Source: Trichodelitschia bisporula
Taxonomy: Eukaryota
Direction of reading: 5' to 3'
Length of the DNA stretch: 64,000 nucleotides
NCBI GenBank assembly: GCA_010356995.1
Contig: ML996708.1
Location: forward strand, 310,001 to 374,000
This document shows positions 12,396 to 25,417 of the stretch, in pieces. Each line of letters opens with the position of its first letter. Within the stretch, counting starts at the first letter, position 1. The position numbers and the translations under genes were made by a program. The notes beneath the pieces were generated by a model. That model was not told where the DNA came from, did no database searches, and worked only from the letters and a program-made list of their open reading frames with translations.

Positions 12396-13073
12396 TGCCT
12401 TGTTGCCTTGGATAACCTCCACACAATCTTGGTGGTGACGATTCAGGCGCCGAAGCCGAGCCTCTGGGCCCTGGGGGCACAGCACGAGTGCTGATCCCCT
12501 TTTGGATTGCATTCGCGTTCAAAGAGAGAAGCGACAGGAAGCCCCTCAAACTCCATATTCTTCATTCTCCCCTCCATTGCGCCACATATGCGCTCTCTTC
12601 TCTCTCTTGACGCTACGGACAAGCAGTTACATCTCTTCTTTGCGCCGGTCACAGCGCTTCCCTCTTTCTTCCCTTCAACCACTTGTCATCCTGCGCGTCG
12701 GAACCCCTCAAAGGGCTGAGCCAACCTGTCCCTCCTACAGCTTCAGGCCCTTCACTTTGCCACGAACGACGACTCTTCAGCCTTTCTCCGAGATCCCATT
12801 CTCTAGTACATATCAGCCTTGTGCAACGAAGCCACCTGTCGGAAGTGCTTCCTGACGAAACCGAAACGCCTCCAAACGCGCGGGACGCCAAACCCCCAGA
12901 ACTCTGGGATACCACTCTTCAACCTCCCAACTTTGTACACTAGCTCATTTCATTGCTAGCTCGTCCGAGCCACAGCATGGCGTCCCGCTCCTTACGCACT
13001 TGCTAGCCTTATCACCATTCAACGTTTCGCCTTCAAAGTTCATAGACCTTTTCACGACATACTTGCAACCTTA

Positions 13074-15866
13074 ATGGACACAATGGCACCGAAGCCAGAA
13101 GACCCCTCACCCTCTCCTCCGATTCCCACCTACGAAGAAGCCATCTCTCTGTTCCCTCCCGAACACCAAACTCTACTCGGTGACGACTGTGTTCCCAATT
13201 CGTCATCTTCCCGGCAACGCAATGGCTACTACATCCCGCCTTCGGTACAGTCTGCCCGCAGCAGCGAGGACAGCACTGCATACCGCTTCCGCCGCAACTC
13301 CTCAGACTCCGATGCCGACTCCGATTCACCACCACCAGAACGTCTCCGTCGAGACGTCGAAGAGTTCGACTATCTCAACCCTGGAGAACTCGAGGAAGGC
13401 AGCTCGGGACAACGAGAAAGCGGCTGGAAAGGCCGGCTACAGGGATTCAAGAGACGGATGGGACGGTGGAGAAAGGGTTGGTGGAAGCCGAGCTTCATGG
13501 AGGGATGGGGTTTGGGACAAGGCTCGGGATACCGGTGGATACCAAGCATGACCGTGCCGCAGCAGTACAGGCCAGGGTGCTCGCTGATTGCACGATTATG
13601 TGGCTTGTTTATTGTCATAACACTGGGATACGCGCTGTTTGTGCTGGAAATTATGCCCAACGGAAGATCGGCCATGGGCCAGATGTTCGATCCAGAGGGA
13701 GTGAGAGAGTTTGCACAATCCTCGGTGAATGGGACGCGGATACAGGAGTACTTAGAACTATTGGCTGGAGTGGACCACATGGCGGGGACAAAGGGCAATT
13801 ACTATCTGGCGAAGCATGTGGCTAACGCATTCACGAATGCGGGGATGGACAACGTACAGACGGAACAGTGAGTTCCTCAGCTCAAGGCGGACCTATGCTG
13901 ACATGACAGACTCTACGGATATCTCAACTATCCTAAACTCGGAGGCCGCAAGGTGGCAATCGTGGAACCAGCCGATCTCGCATGGGAGGCGAAACTAGAA
14001 GAGGAACCCGTGTACCCGAGCCCGAATCCCGGCCAGTACAACACGGCGCCATTCCACGCGCATTCCCGCGCCGGCAACGTGCAGGGCCCCTTGGTGTACG
14101 CCAACTACGGCACACGCGAGGACTTCAAGCGTCTGTACGACAGCGGTATCAACATCAACGGCTCCATCGCACTAGTGCGCGCCCTGGGACCCCAACAGTT
14201 CGTCGGCCTCAAGATCAAGGCTGCGGAGGAGTGGGGTGTTATTGGTCTGCTTAGTTACTCCGACCCCGCCGACGATGGATTCAAGCGTGGTGAGGCCTGG
14301 CCTAAGGGTCGCTGGCGTCCTGAGGACAGCGTTATGCGTGGCGATGCCAGCATCGCGAGCTTCATCATGGGCGATCCGCTCACGCCGGGCTTCATGACTG
14401 AAAAGAATGGGAGGCTCATCTCAAAGGACGATAATCCCGGCCTGCCCAACATCCCCTCACTCCCGCTCGCCTGGCGCGACGCTAAGCGCTTACTCCAAGT
14501 TCTGGAAGGCCATGGGCAGGAAGTGCCCGAGGAGTGGGCCGGGGGCGTTCCCGACGTACCGCACTGGTGGACCGGCGACCAGACCTCACCGATCATCAAC
14601 CTCATCAACGAGCAAGACGAAGAGCCTAAACAGCGCCTCTTCAACGTAATCGGCACAATCAACGGCCTAGAAACCAAATCCCAAAAAGTCATCATCGGCG
14701 CCCCCCGCGACGCCTTCTGCTTCGGCGCCTCCTCCTCCGCCGCCTCCACTGCAACCCTCCTCGAACTCGTCGCCGTCGTCGGCAAACTCCGCGCCCAGGG
14801 CTGGCGGCCCCTCCGCACCATCATCTTCGCCTCCTGGGACGCTAGCGCGTACAATAACATCGGCGCCACCGAGTGGGTCGAGGCGAACCTCGCTCGCCTC
14901 CGCGCCGATGCCGTCGCCTACATTAATGTCGGATCCGGCGTCACTGGCCCTGCATTTCATGCCAAGGGCTCGCCGATGCTCGTCCGCCCGCTCCTCCGCG
15001 CACTATCCCGTGTCGCCGACCCGGCGGAGGGCGCGAACGGTACACTGCGCGACGCATGGGACGCGCGCGGCGGGGCTATGCCCGGTCTGGGTGCCGGGAC
15101 CGACGCCTCCCCGTTCGCATTCGAAGTCGGGGCCGCGAGCCTGGACATGGGCTTCGGGGACCCGGCTGACGCGGCTATGCTAAACTCGTGCTACGACACG
15201 CTGGAGTGGGGCGCGCGGTTCGGCGACGCAGGGCGGGGTGTGCTGGAGGCGCTGACCCGTGTTTGGGTTCTGCTTACGCTGGAGCTCAGCCAGGAATTGC
15301 TCTTGCCGATGGATGCAGGGTTTTGGGCGGGGTGGGTTGCGGAGTGGGCGGCTGGTCTCCAGAGCTATGCGGAGAAGAAGGGGGCGCCGTGGGGTGGGGA
15401 GGGAAAGAAAGGGTTTGAGCTTGATCGGTTGATGAAAAGTGCGCGGGAGCTGGTTGATACGAGCCGCGTGTTCCATATGTGGGACGACTGGTGGTATGGG
15501 CAGGTGTATGGCCGGGGCGGGATGGAGACCAATGGCGTGGCGCTGCAGCGTATGGGGAGGAATGAGCGGCTGGCGGGGTTGGAGAAGGCGATTGTGGAGG
15601 GGTTGGGGAAGGAGGGGAATGGTGGGACGGGAAGCGTAAGCGCACCTTCCTTATTACTGATGATGAATTGCTGATGAAGATAGATCCCCGGCCTTGAGCA
15701 GTTCGCGAATCTCCTCTCCGCACCGGAACCTTGGGACCCGGCGACTCCGGCTTCGTTCCCCGTCGTCCGCGAGGCGATTGATCGCGGGGACTGGGACGCG
15801 GCGCAGAAGGCGGCGGACCATGTCGCGGATGTCATTGAGGAGGCGCGGAAGGCGCTGTACATCTAG
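13074..15866 (+). CDS. Transferrin-receptor-like / glutamate carboxypeptidase II-like type II membrane protein (PA + M28 + TfR dimerisation domains; Tre1/Tre2/Vps70 group), 3 exons
   Basis: Introns 13868-13909 and 15636-15683. PY-type motif PPIPTYEEA, one TM (LCGLFIVITLGYALFVL), GPLVYANYGTREDF, GDPLTPG, PNIPSLPL, GWRPLRTIIFASWD. Stop TAG 15864-15866. Confidence 0.88.
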
Positions 15867-16441
15867 ACATCCTGGACCATCACCTCCACACTACTCACCA
15901 CTCGACCACCACTCAATCAGCCTCACACTTCTCCTTTCACTCCACGACTACACTCAGCCAACTTCATACACTCTCCTATACTCCACGTTCTCGCTAGGGT
16001 ATACCCCCCCCATTGGGCCGGCGTTGGGGCAGCGCTACTCTGCTACTTCCCCCTTTCCTTGCCATTGCTTTGTTACCGCCATGTTAGCTGTACGTATCTC
16101 GCATGTTTGAAACGCCGTTGCGTGGGTGCCGATCAGCGGTCGTACGGAAACCGCGTTTTTAGCACATACTTTTCATCTCCATCTACATAGCCGGGTTGGC
16201 TGACGACGGTGGGCGGCATTGGCCTTTTTGGCTTCCTCGCCGCATCTCTTGTACATAGTCTAGAGCCGAACTGAGCGTCTCATTTACTCGTCATTGTTGC
16301 ATTACTTGCTGTGCCGCTCTTGATCCTAGGAAATAAAGATGCCATGCCTTCACCGCACCAGACGCCTATGCACAACGCCTACAGCACCGCATCCACACCC
16401 GGCTACACGACACTAGCACCAAGCTCCATACCCCCAGAGCC

Positions 16442-18881
16442 TCAAAGCTCCTTCTTCGTCTCCACCGTCCTCTCTTCCGCAACCCGCTCAATAAGAACAG
16501 TCCCCATCTTCGCCGCCTCACGCCACCCCCTCTGTCTGTTCCAAAACGCATCCTCAGGTCTCGCATCCCCCATCGAAGCCCGCCGTGCATCCTCCTCCAA
16601 CGACTCGCGGGTAATCTCGACGACACCCTCATCCTTCAACGGCCTCACCTTCCCCAGAGACTCGAGGCTCTCATCAAAATACTTCTTGCGAACGATGTAC
16701 CTCTCCCTACGCTCCTTCTGCCGACCAGGGGAATCAATCTTCGCAATCGAGATGCGGACCACCCATCGCACAACGAGGAACGTATGCTCAGCGAAGAAGA
16801 CCGTGAGCAGCAGCGCCCACCCCTTGATCTCATGTGGTCGGCCACCTGGCCCAATCCCGTCGTTCGAGAACAGGTACACCAGTGCTGAGGACGTGAGACC
16901 ACCGAGCCAGGCGAGCAGGGAGAGCGAGTCAAGCCACGGACCAATGGTATCGGCACGGAAGGGAGTTGGGCGCTGCATCTCGACCGCGATCTTAAGCGCG
17001 TCAGTGCGCAGCTCGAGCCAGTCGTTCACCAGGAAGGAGCAGGCTGTCAGAGGCCAGACAACGGAGAAGAGTGAGAGATAGCCAAACTGTCGAGTTAGCT
17101 GGATAGGTCGGGCGCGAGGGTGGGAACTTTACCTGCAAGACCATTTCGCGCAGATCCGTGCTCACGTCATAGACGTCGAGCTGGGCTTCCTGGCGCACGC
17201 GCTCGAGGAAAGCGGCTTCTTCGGGGGCATCATTGACAAAGGCATGAGGAGCACCGCCGCCGTTACGCATGGCGCGCTCGCTCTGAAATTTTTTGTATTT
17301 CGCGAAACCTTTGCGCTTGATGTAAGGCATGACGACCTCCAGAGCCTGGTTGACGATCTGTGCGGTGACGGTGAAGTAGATAACCTGCTTCCGCAGCCGA
17401 TCAGGGTTGATGGAAAAGCTAGAGTCGGCGCCCTGCAGTTGCTTCTCGTTCTCGGCAAAGGGTCTAACCGTGAGGCTGAAGATATCGAGATATGGGACGA
17501 TGAGGCTGCCGAATGGGACATACACAAAAGCGGTCAGGAAGATGCCGAGATATGAAGTGATGAAGTTGATGATGAACAACTTGTAAGTGAGGGCAGTCTG
17601 GTGAGCAGCCTCCGTTTCGTAATTTTCAAAGTCAGTAAGGCGGTTAGCGATGTTGGTCAGGATGCCCGTCAGGATCGGCATCATGGTGGTTAGGATGCCT
17701 GTGGGCAGAAACACCTAATGAAATCAGTCTTGCTGAGGCTTTCCATAAAGTTCCTGACGTGATACATACCAGAATCCATTGTAACGGCCCGCTATATACC
17801 TCAGAAATGAAGACTTCGATTCCAAAGCAGGTCGCAATGAGGGTGCCGAGGATGAGAGCAACCACGAGTGCAAAGGGAACCACAAGTATCTGTCGTTGAA
17901 GCCGCTTCGTGGATGGAAATATCTGAGCCTTTTCTCCGGTTACCGGGTCCGTTATCTCCTGCTCATGTTTGAACTCGCGACGATGGGCCTCGATTCGAGA
18001 TACGTTACGGACCCCCCAGCGGATGGCGAGGTCCACTTCTTGGTGCTTCCAATATTCAGTGAAGACGATGCACCAAAGGGAAGAGAAGACCGCATAGATC
18101 GGTGAGAAATGGCCGAGAACAAGCCAGGCCCCTAGACCAAACGCGGCGGGCAAAACGAGGAAGGAAAAGTAGGATTGGGTGAAGGCAAAATAGTATGCAA
18201 TCTAGACAATGAGACAGCGTTAACACAGTAGGATTTGCTTACTTTCTCGCCGAGCCGGTCTCTGATCTCGTCCAAATCCTCAGGCTTCAGGAGGTACGAG
18301 GTGCTCCACTTCTGAATCCACTTCTTGTTGTACTCGCGATCGTGCAGGGCAAATATCGATTCGACATTCTTCCACTCGCCGGACTTCGGCGTAATTCCTG
18401 CACCCCCTTCCGAGGGAGAATTAACAATGAGCTGGTGGATGATGCGCAGCCGCTCGGCCTCGTAGAGGGGATCAGCCTCGAGGGCTTGCTTCGTTTCCTT
18501 CTCCGGCGCCGCAGCGCGCACACCGTGCATCCAGTCTTTGACTCTAGGAGGATGTAAATAGATGTGGGCGGCCGTGAAGGTTTATCTGTACGCACCTGGA
18601 CCTGTACACTTCTCCGTAAAGGTGCTCCTGCGAGGCAACTTTGACAAACACCAGCAGCGACTGATCTTCGCCGCTGCGAACCTCGGTGGCAAGGCCCACA
18701 TCGGAGAGAGCTTTAATGAGCTTTTCAAACTGCCCAATTGCAGCCTTTTTCTCTGGAAGGTGTGAGTGTGCATCAGCAGCCTTGGAATAGCTCACATACC
18801 TGTGGTTGCGAAGCGGTAGCTGAGGACGTAATCGACGTCCATATTTGTCTCCGGCCCTGGACTTGGGCTGGGAGGAGCCAT
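16442..18881 (-). CDS. Anoctamin/TMEM16-family Ca2+-activated scramblase/channel (Ist2-related), 6 exons
   Basis: Introns 18753-18799, 18544-18595, 18202-18242, 17715-17769 and 17087-17132 keep the frame. Motifs IRDRLGEKIAYYFAF, LTDFENYET, DLREMVLQFGY, WLELRTDALK, DTIGPW. Confidence 0.92.
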
Positions 18882-19381
18882 AGTGATGGTTGCAGGCTCG
18901 CAGATTCACGCAGGAAAGGTATTTCTCTAGGACGGAGGAGATAACTCGTTTGAATAGGAGGAGGTGGATAGCTTGAGAGCAAGAGAAGAGGTCGGATTTC
19001 GGAGTTGAGCTTGACCCTTCAGCCCCGGTTGAGGGAACAGCCCCCACGTCATTTGACAGGCAAGCTTGGCTAGCGCAATCGGTGATCAGCAAGCGGCTGC
19101 GAGATGCACAAACACGTCACCGGATATGGGTACGATGCGCCGGAGTACGGTAACTTGACATTTTACCGACATCAAGACGTGCCGACCGATCGATCGATTG
19201 ACAGACCGACTGCGAAGCCAATGACTACGTTGGTAGAACTAGTTTCCCTTGTACACCATGAATTATCCTCTTAGGGATTCAGGCATGCTAGATATGTCAC
19301 TAGGAATTACGCTGTGGCAGCCAGATGATATTTGACCTGTACTAAACTACCACAATATCCATCACCATGGATGCTGAAAAC

Positions 19382-22300
19382 CTACATGTAGAGACTGGCC
19401 GTTGCACACACGTCCCTCTTGATAAGCTCTTGACAAGTCTGCATCTTCTGATAAAGCGAAGGATCTCCAATAATCCTAGCCGCGTTTTTGACCTCCCGGC
19501 ACGTCTCATCCAAGCGCGTAATCACTCTTACGATAGTGCCTTCCATCACGTCCGTCAGATCTGTGATCCGGTTGAACGGCATACCGCGCGCCCACTCGTA
19601 CACCACCTCGATCATACCGAAAGCATGAGGCCATTCGATGGATTCGACTGACCATTTATCTTCCGGCGCGACCACTTGATGAGCCTCTTGAACCTGATTG
19701 ACGCGGTGCACGATTTGAATGATCTTAGACTGGCCGGTCTCAAGTTTCGGAGTCAGGTTTGCCTTGTACGATGACTTCTCCTGAAACACAAAAGCAGAGA
19801 GGAGCGCGACGATTTCCTCTGGTTCATAATCTGCCAGAACGTTCTCAAGAATGAGCTCCGTGAGAACAAGCTCGTCGGCAGTGTGAATCTGCCACGACGT
19901 TAGCGGAAATAGTGTGGACGGAAACCGGTGCCTTACCTCACAGGCAACCTTGCCCTTGAGCTCAACGCGTGAGTGCTCGTCTACAAACCCGAGGTCTTTG
20001 AGCACAGCAATCCGCTGCTCGTAGTCTGGAAGAAGCTGGAGGTTCTGATCGGACATGAGTTGGCGGAGCTGCAAGATATTCTCTTTCAACAACCACTCGT
20101 CATGCTCCTTCGCAAAATGCTCCAGGAACTTGGGGCAGGTAAGACACTTCCCTTTCATCGCAGCAACCTCCTTTTCACGGTCGTCGAGAATGGCTTGAAA
20201 GGAGAGATCTTTAATCTCACGCCAATCATGTTCATCCCAGGCAGGGAGATTCCAGGACGCAGTGAGGGGGCCGAATTGTTCTTGTGCAAGTTTCTGAATC
20301 TCTTTCTTTTCATTGAGAGCTTTCAGAGGTTTGTCGCATGTGATTGTTGTCTCCGTAACGCATTCGATGTCTCGTACCGGAACGATCGCCGTTCTAAGCC
20401 TCAAATCTGAGAACTTTTGCGGCAATGGAGCGAAATACGCGGCACACCCAGTCACAAAGGGAAGCAAATCCGAAGCTTCCTTTTTACGACGGACCGGAAG
20501 CTCCAAGATTGGAACTGTCGGCTCAGCGCCTTGCAAAAAGCCCTCTCGAGTAAGCATCCCAATGGTTCTCACACCGTCCTTTTAACCGTTAGCTGTCAGG
20601 CCGTCAAACGCCGTCAGAATCGTACCTTTTTGTAGACAATCAGCCGCTTAGGTGTAAACCGCCGCCGCCCGATATGTGACTCGAGAGCTGCCAGATGCAG
20701 TTTTGTAGTCAGCCGCTGATAGTTCATACAAGCTTGATGGCAAGCCTCCAGATCAATATCGCAGATCTCACAGGGCTCCCTTTTAATTTTCTTAAGGTCG
20801 GCCTCAGTGAGCTCCATCTGCTTTTCCTGTTCAGGAAGCAAGGCCTGACTGGCATTTTCACTGAAGCTACGTTTAATCATTTCTTCGATTTTAAGCGCCT
20901 CGACTCGGAGCAAGTTGAGAATCATGTTGTATGTGAGCCGGAACTGAGAGCGCAGCTTAGTGGGCTGTCCGAGCATCATCTTGTCCAGACGCCATTGCGG
21001 CGGAGCTTCATCAGATCCTTGGGTGACTAAAATCACTGTTCCGACGGTATCCAGGCCGCGCCGGCCGGCTCGACCGGCCATTTGGGTATACTCACCCGGA
21101 GTAAGGTCTCTGAAAGATTTACCGTCATGCTTGCGGAATCCAGAGAAGACTACGGTTCTCGTTGGGAGATTTAGGCCCATGGCAAAAGTCTCCGTGGCAA
21201 AAAGCACCTTGACCAACGTTTTGGCAAACAGGATCTCGACGACTTCCTTGAGGATGGGGAGCATCCCACCATGATGGACAGCAATACCACGGCTGAGTAG
21301 CTCGCGTTGCCTTAGAATCTGGGGCAACAAGCGGTCCTCGGGCTTCAGGCGAGCGACTGATCTTTCTATGATCATGTGAATCGAGCTTTTCTCGTCTGCG
21401 GTGCAGAAGTTGATGCTAGACAGGGCGTCTGCATTCTCCTCGCATCGCTTCTTGGAGAAGACAAAGATGCATGCAGGAAGGAGCTCCCCCTTGCGCAAGT
21501 GATGGACCAGTTCCACCCACACGTTTCGGTCCTGTGCTGCTGTTGTTCTGCCGCCTCCGCGGCCCGTTCGCGCAATGTTGCCACGGCTTGACGATTGGCC
21601 GCGTGCACGTTGTGATTGCTGCCCACCACCACGTTGCCCTCCCCGGCCACCCTGACCACGGTTTGTTCCTCTTTGATTGGGATCCCCGCGTGAGCTGGTG
21701 CTATCAGGTACCTTGGGCTTGTTTTTCCCTGAGAGCACATCGTTGGCAGCCCTCCAGCCCTTGACGATAAACTCCTTGTCCGCGTTCACGATTTTGAACA
21801 TCTGCTTGCCGGCCCACAGATAGTGCTCAAGAGGGACCGGGCGCTTCAGGGTGGAGATGACGTAAATATCCTTCTTTTTGGTTCGCCCCACCCAAGAGGC
21901 AAACTCCTGAGTGTTGGGTACAGTGGCGGAAAGCAAAATCAGCGTCACATGCTCCGGCAGCATGATGATCACTTCTTCCCACACCACTCCTCGCTCTTGA
22001 TCGTTCACATAGTGGACCTCATCGAAGATCACAAACTCCACGTCCCGGATAATGTCGGCGCCACGGTAGAGCATGCTCCGCAGGATTTCGGTTGTCATGA
22101 TCAGGCAGCTCGCCTCAGGCCGAATTTGAACGTCGCCAGTGAGGATCCCCACGTCGTCAAAGACATTCCGAAAGTCCCTGAACTTCTGATTACTCAGTGC
22201 CTTGATGGGCGAAGTGTATATGGCTTTCGTCATATGCTTCGCAGCCAGGGCGATGGCGTATTCGGCGACTACAGTTTTACCAGCCGATGTATGAGCGGCA

Positions 22301-23292
22301 ACAAAGACCGAGTCGCCGTTCTCCAGATGGTACACCGCTTCCTTCTGGAACGTGTCGAGCTCAAAAGGCCATTCCCGCGCCATGTCCGGGACCAGTTCGC
22401 TGAAATTAGGGATAGGCTTATCCACATCGACCATGTGCGCCCATTCTTTTCCACGCAGATCTCGCACGCGGAGCTGCTTGTGAGGTGATAGTGCGGGAAA
22501 TTCAACAGGAAGCAGTGCATCAATATCTTCCACATTTTCATCTTCCTCTAGGGTCTTCGTTTCCGGCCCTGGGGATGTAGCTTCCAGGTCAATCGATTCA
22601 TCCGCGGCTGTAGGCTCCGGTTCTTCTTGAAGAACACGCTGCACTTCGTCGGCGTCCTTTTGGTCGTGAGCCGGTGCAACTTTGGTTCTCATACCCCGAC
22701 TGAAACCTGGAGGGACTTCGAGAAGCGATCCTTCAGTACCGACACTGATGACCCGGTCCAAGTTCCCGCCGGATTTGATAGGCGCCGTCGAGGCGTGTTG
22801 CAACGCCAGATCTTCGGTGGCAGCCACAGAATCGACGCCATCGAGGCCGCCTGGTGTGAATGGGAAGAATCCGGCGGCACCACGGACAAATTCCGCCCGG
22901 TTTGCTGGCTTCCTAAGTAGCGAGGTAGAGTTTTTGGCGGTCGCACTTTTGGCAGGAACGGTGAGTTCCTTGTATCCAGTGACCCGGCCCTCCAAACCTT
23001 CACGAGTAAATCGAATGATAGTTCGAGTTTGAGTTGGTACAATCTCGAACAGGTTAGGGATGTCAGTCGGCTTATCCCAGCGCTGTTGAAGCTCGTTGAG
23101 CCATGGAACGCTGAATGAAGCTGGTGGCTCAAGAAACTCCTTCTCAAGAGTTTCACCGAGGGTGGGTAGTGAAATCTTCTGTCGCTTGCGGGGATATTTC
23201 GTGTTCAAGACGGTGTCAAGTGACCCCGCATCCTGGCGGCTGCGGTCCGCAGCCAGCTTGACCATCTCGAGAGCTTCGGCTAGCTCCGCCAT
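19382..23292 (-). CDS. SKI2: Ski2 DExH RNA helicase (cytoplasmic exosome cofactor), 3 exons
   Basis: AHTSAGKT, YTSPIKALSNQK, DEVH, SAT, QMAGRAGRRG, C-terminal DSHCT region (EGTIVRVITRLDETCRE...IKRDVCATASLYM) and Ski2-type N-terminus (FVRGAAGFFPF). Introns 20579-20625 and 19889-19936. Confidence 0.95.
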
Positions 23293-24285
23293 CGTGATGG
23301 AAGAGGCAGTCGGCTTTTTCTGGGTGGTGGGAAATGGTTATGCGTAGGTGGATGTTTGCGAGTGGTGAGAAAATTGAAGATGCCACGACTTACGGTAGAC
23401 AGCGGTGTCGCTAGCTGGTGAAGTGCAGGGTTGGTGTTGTGCTGTGCAGCTCCCCCACAGTTGAAGGTCTTGGCATGTGGTACCTTCTTCTTCCGTCACT
23501 GGGTGCACTTGGCACAGTGATAGAGGATGAGCACCTTCCAGATTCACAGATTCATATATTCACGCCCACGCTTCGGAGTATCTACATCACAAAGTCTAGA
23601 CCTCAATGCTTGATACTCCATCTTGATCCATTGCAGCGCCTTGCTTTGATCTCTGCAATCACCAAGTGTCTCGTAGCATTCATCAGTTCTTTCGCAGGTC
23701 AAAAGGCACCTTCCATTGTCGATGCGCTCGGGTGCAGCCGCCCTTACTATCAACGTCTCCTCCATGAGATGATACCTCTGTCTCTAGGGTGGGAATCCGA
23801 TTGGCTGGTACATAGAACTGGCTGACTGTCATCGACGAGCTACAACAGTAACGGCTGGTGCAAGTTGCAGTCTGGATAGCTCTTTTCTTATCCAAATCAA
23901 TGCCTTCGCTACTCCTTCGCTTCACAACACCTACTCTTTTTTCGCGAACGATCATGGGCAATGCGCCTGAGCTTCATTCCGAGCACCGGCTCAGCAAAAG
24001 TTTGGGCGCTGAAATTGTGCAGAACAAGCCCTCAGAAACTAGAGCTAAGCCCCGCATCACCCCGCAATTGTAGAGCTTGCTGAGCTTGCTGCGGACCGGG
24101 CACAACGACCTTCCCCGCTTCCCAGCCTCTGCTTGAAGCTAGAGCCACGGGAACTGTTGGCTGCTTTCGCACGTAAGACCTTGCAGCCGCAGGAGCTCGG
24201 CAACTGAAGCCTTCAAAGAGGTACAGTCTTGCGAAGCTCAACACCATGCATCAACATGACACTTGTGCCTACATTGAGTCCTGCC

Positions 24286-25293
24286 TCACATCCCCAGTTC
24301 CCGCATAACTGCTTCATCGTCTTCGAACGCGTCCTCCGACGGTGGTTTGTGCCTCTGCAAGCTTTGCATGGGCCCACTTCCAAATGAATGAATATGGTCG
24401 GTTCCACGGCCGGCCAGGGTCTCTTGCGCGAGCAAAGCGTCTAATTCATCATCGTCTGGACCTTCCCCAGACTCCCCAGACTCTAGAGTGGTGACGGGAT
24501 GGGGTGCTCGGTTCGCGTCCTGGTCTGCGAAGCCGTCGTTCTCGGGATTGTCAGGGTCGGTGCGTAAAAGGGTATCGGCGCGTGGCACGCTCGTAGGCGT
24601 AATTTCCGTGCCGGTTGTTCGTAAACCGGGATTGACCGTCGCGGATAGATGCGACGGCTCGGCATCGTCCTCGTTGGCTGACGCTCTGGCCTTTCCCTCG
24701 TCAATCCATTCTTTCCTCATTATCTGCAGGCGCTTGGAGTGCCCAAGCTTCTCGATCATGGCTAGACCGTCGGCGAATTTGGCCCTCGGGTACAGCTCAT
24801 CGAGCCAGAGTTGGTATGTGCGCAGCAGTAGCGCAACGTCGGAGAACTGAGTGAAATATATTATAAGCTTGTAGACCGTGCGGAGCGGGTGGGAAATCCT
24901 TACCTCATGACCCTTGCCTCGGAATTTCAGACCCTTCTTTGCGATTTTTCGTAGCTTAGGGATTCCGCGATCGGAAAGGAGCCTTTTGTTCGCATCGCAT
25001 TAGCTTGGCATAGCCGGTGCTGGACGGTAATGCGCTGATACTTGCCGTGTGTCATCAAGCTTTGCGACGGGCTTGCGCTTCTTTGATATTGTGATTTCCT
25101 CATCAATACCGAGTCCTTCGGAGCGGTGGGCGGGAGGTACGGGCTGAAAGGCCGGATCGCGTGCGGTATTGTTGTTGTCCTCGGTGCTCTTATGCAGGTT
25201 CGCAAAGATTTCCTCGAGGCCCGCATCAAAGCCGAACAAATCGTCGGGATCGTCATTCAAGGGGGTGGGCTGTACGCTTTTCGGTGGCGCCAT
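24286..25293 (-). CDS. CSM3: Replication fork protection subunit Csm3/Swi3/Tipin, 3 exons
   Basis: Spliced product GLGIDEEI...KLDDTRLLSDRGIPKLRK...[43 protein letters not shown]. Introns 24983-25045 (GC-AG) and 24847-24903. Confidence 0.92.
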
Positions 25294-25394
25294 AATGTAG
25301 ACTAGATCAGAACTGAATGCGTATTCCTAAGATATGAGATATGAGATACGAGAGTGGAGTAGTGAGGAACGTAGTTTGGTGCTCGACAAGTGGG

Positions 25395-25417
25395 ACGCGT
25401 TCAGCGCGCTGACGCGT
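25395..25417. promoter_or_regulatory. Tandem MCB boxes (ACGCGT x2) in the CSM3/THOC1 divergent promoter
   Basis: ACGCGT at 25395-25400 and 25412-25417, about 100 bp upstream of an S-phase gene. Confidence 0.6.

Noticed and set aside
19889..19936. Apparent 16-aa insertions in SKI2 (VRHRF...WQ) and THOC1 (27066-27113)
   Set aside because: Ordinary 48-nt GT-AG introns with branch sites that happen to be in frame; removing them restores the conserved motifs.
21540..21700. RGG/Q-rich insert in the helicase
   Set aside because: An RG-rich insertion is a known feature of Ski2 proteins.
23338..24260. Short ORFs between SKI2 and CSM3 (e.g. 23544-23765)
   Set aside because: No consistent frame, codon bias, splice model or recognisable motif.
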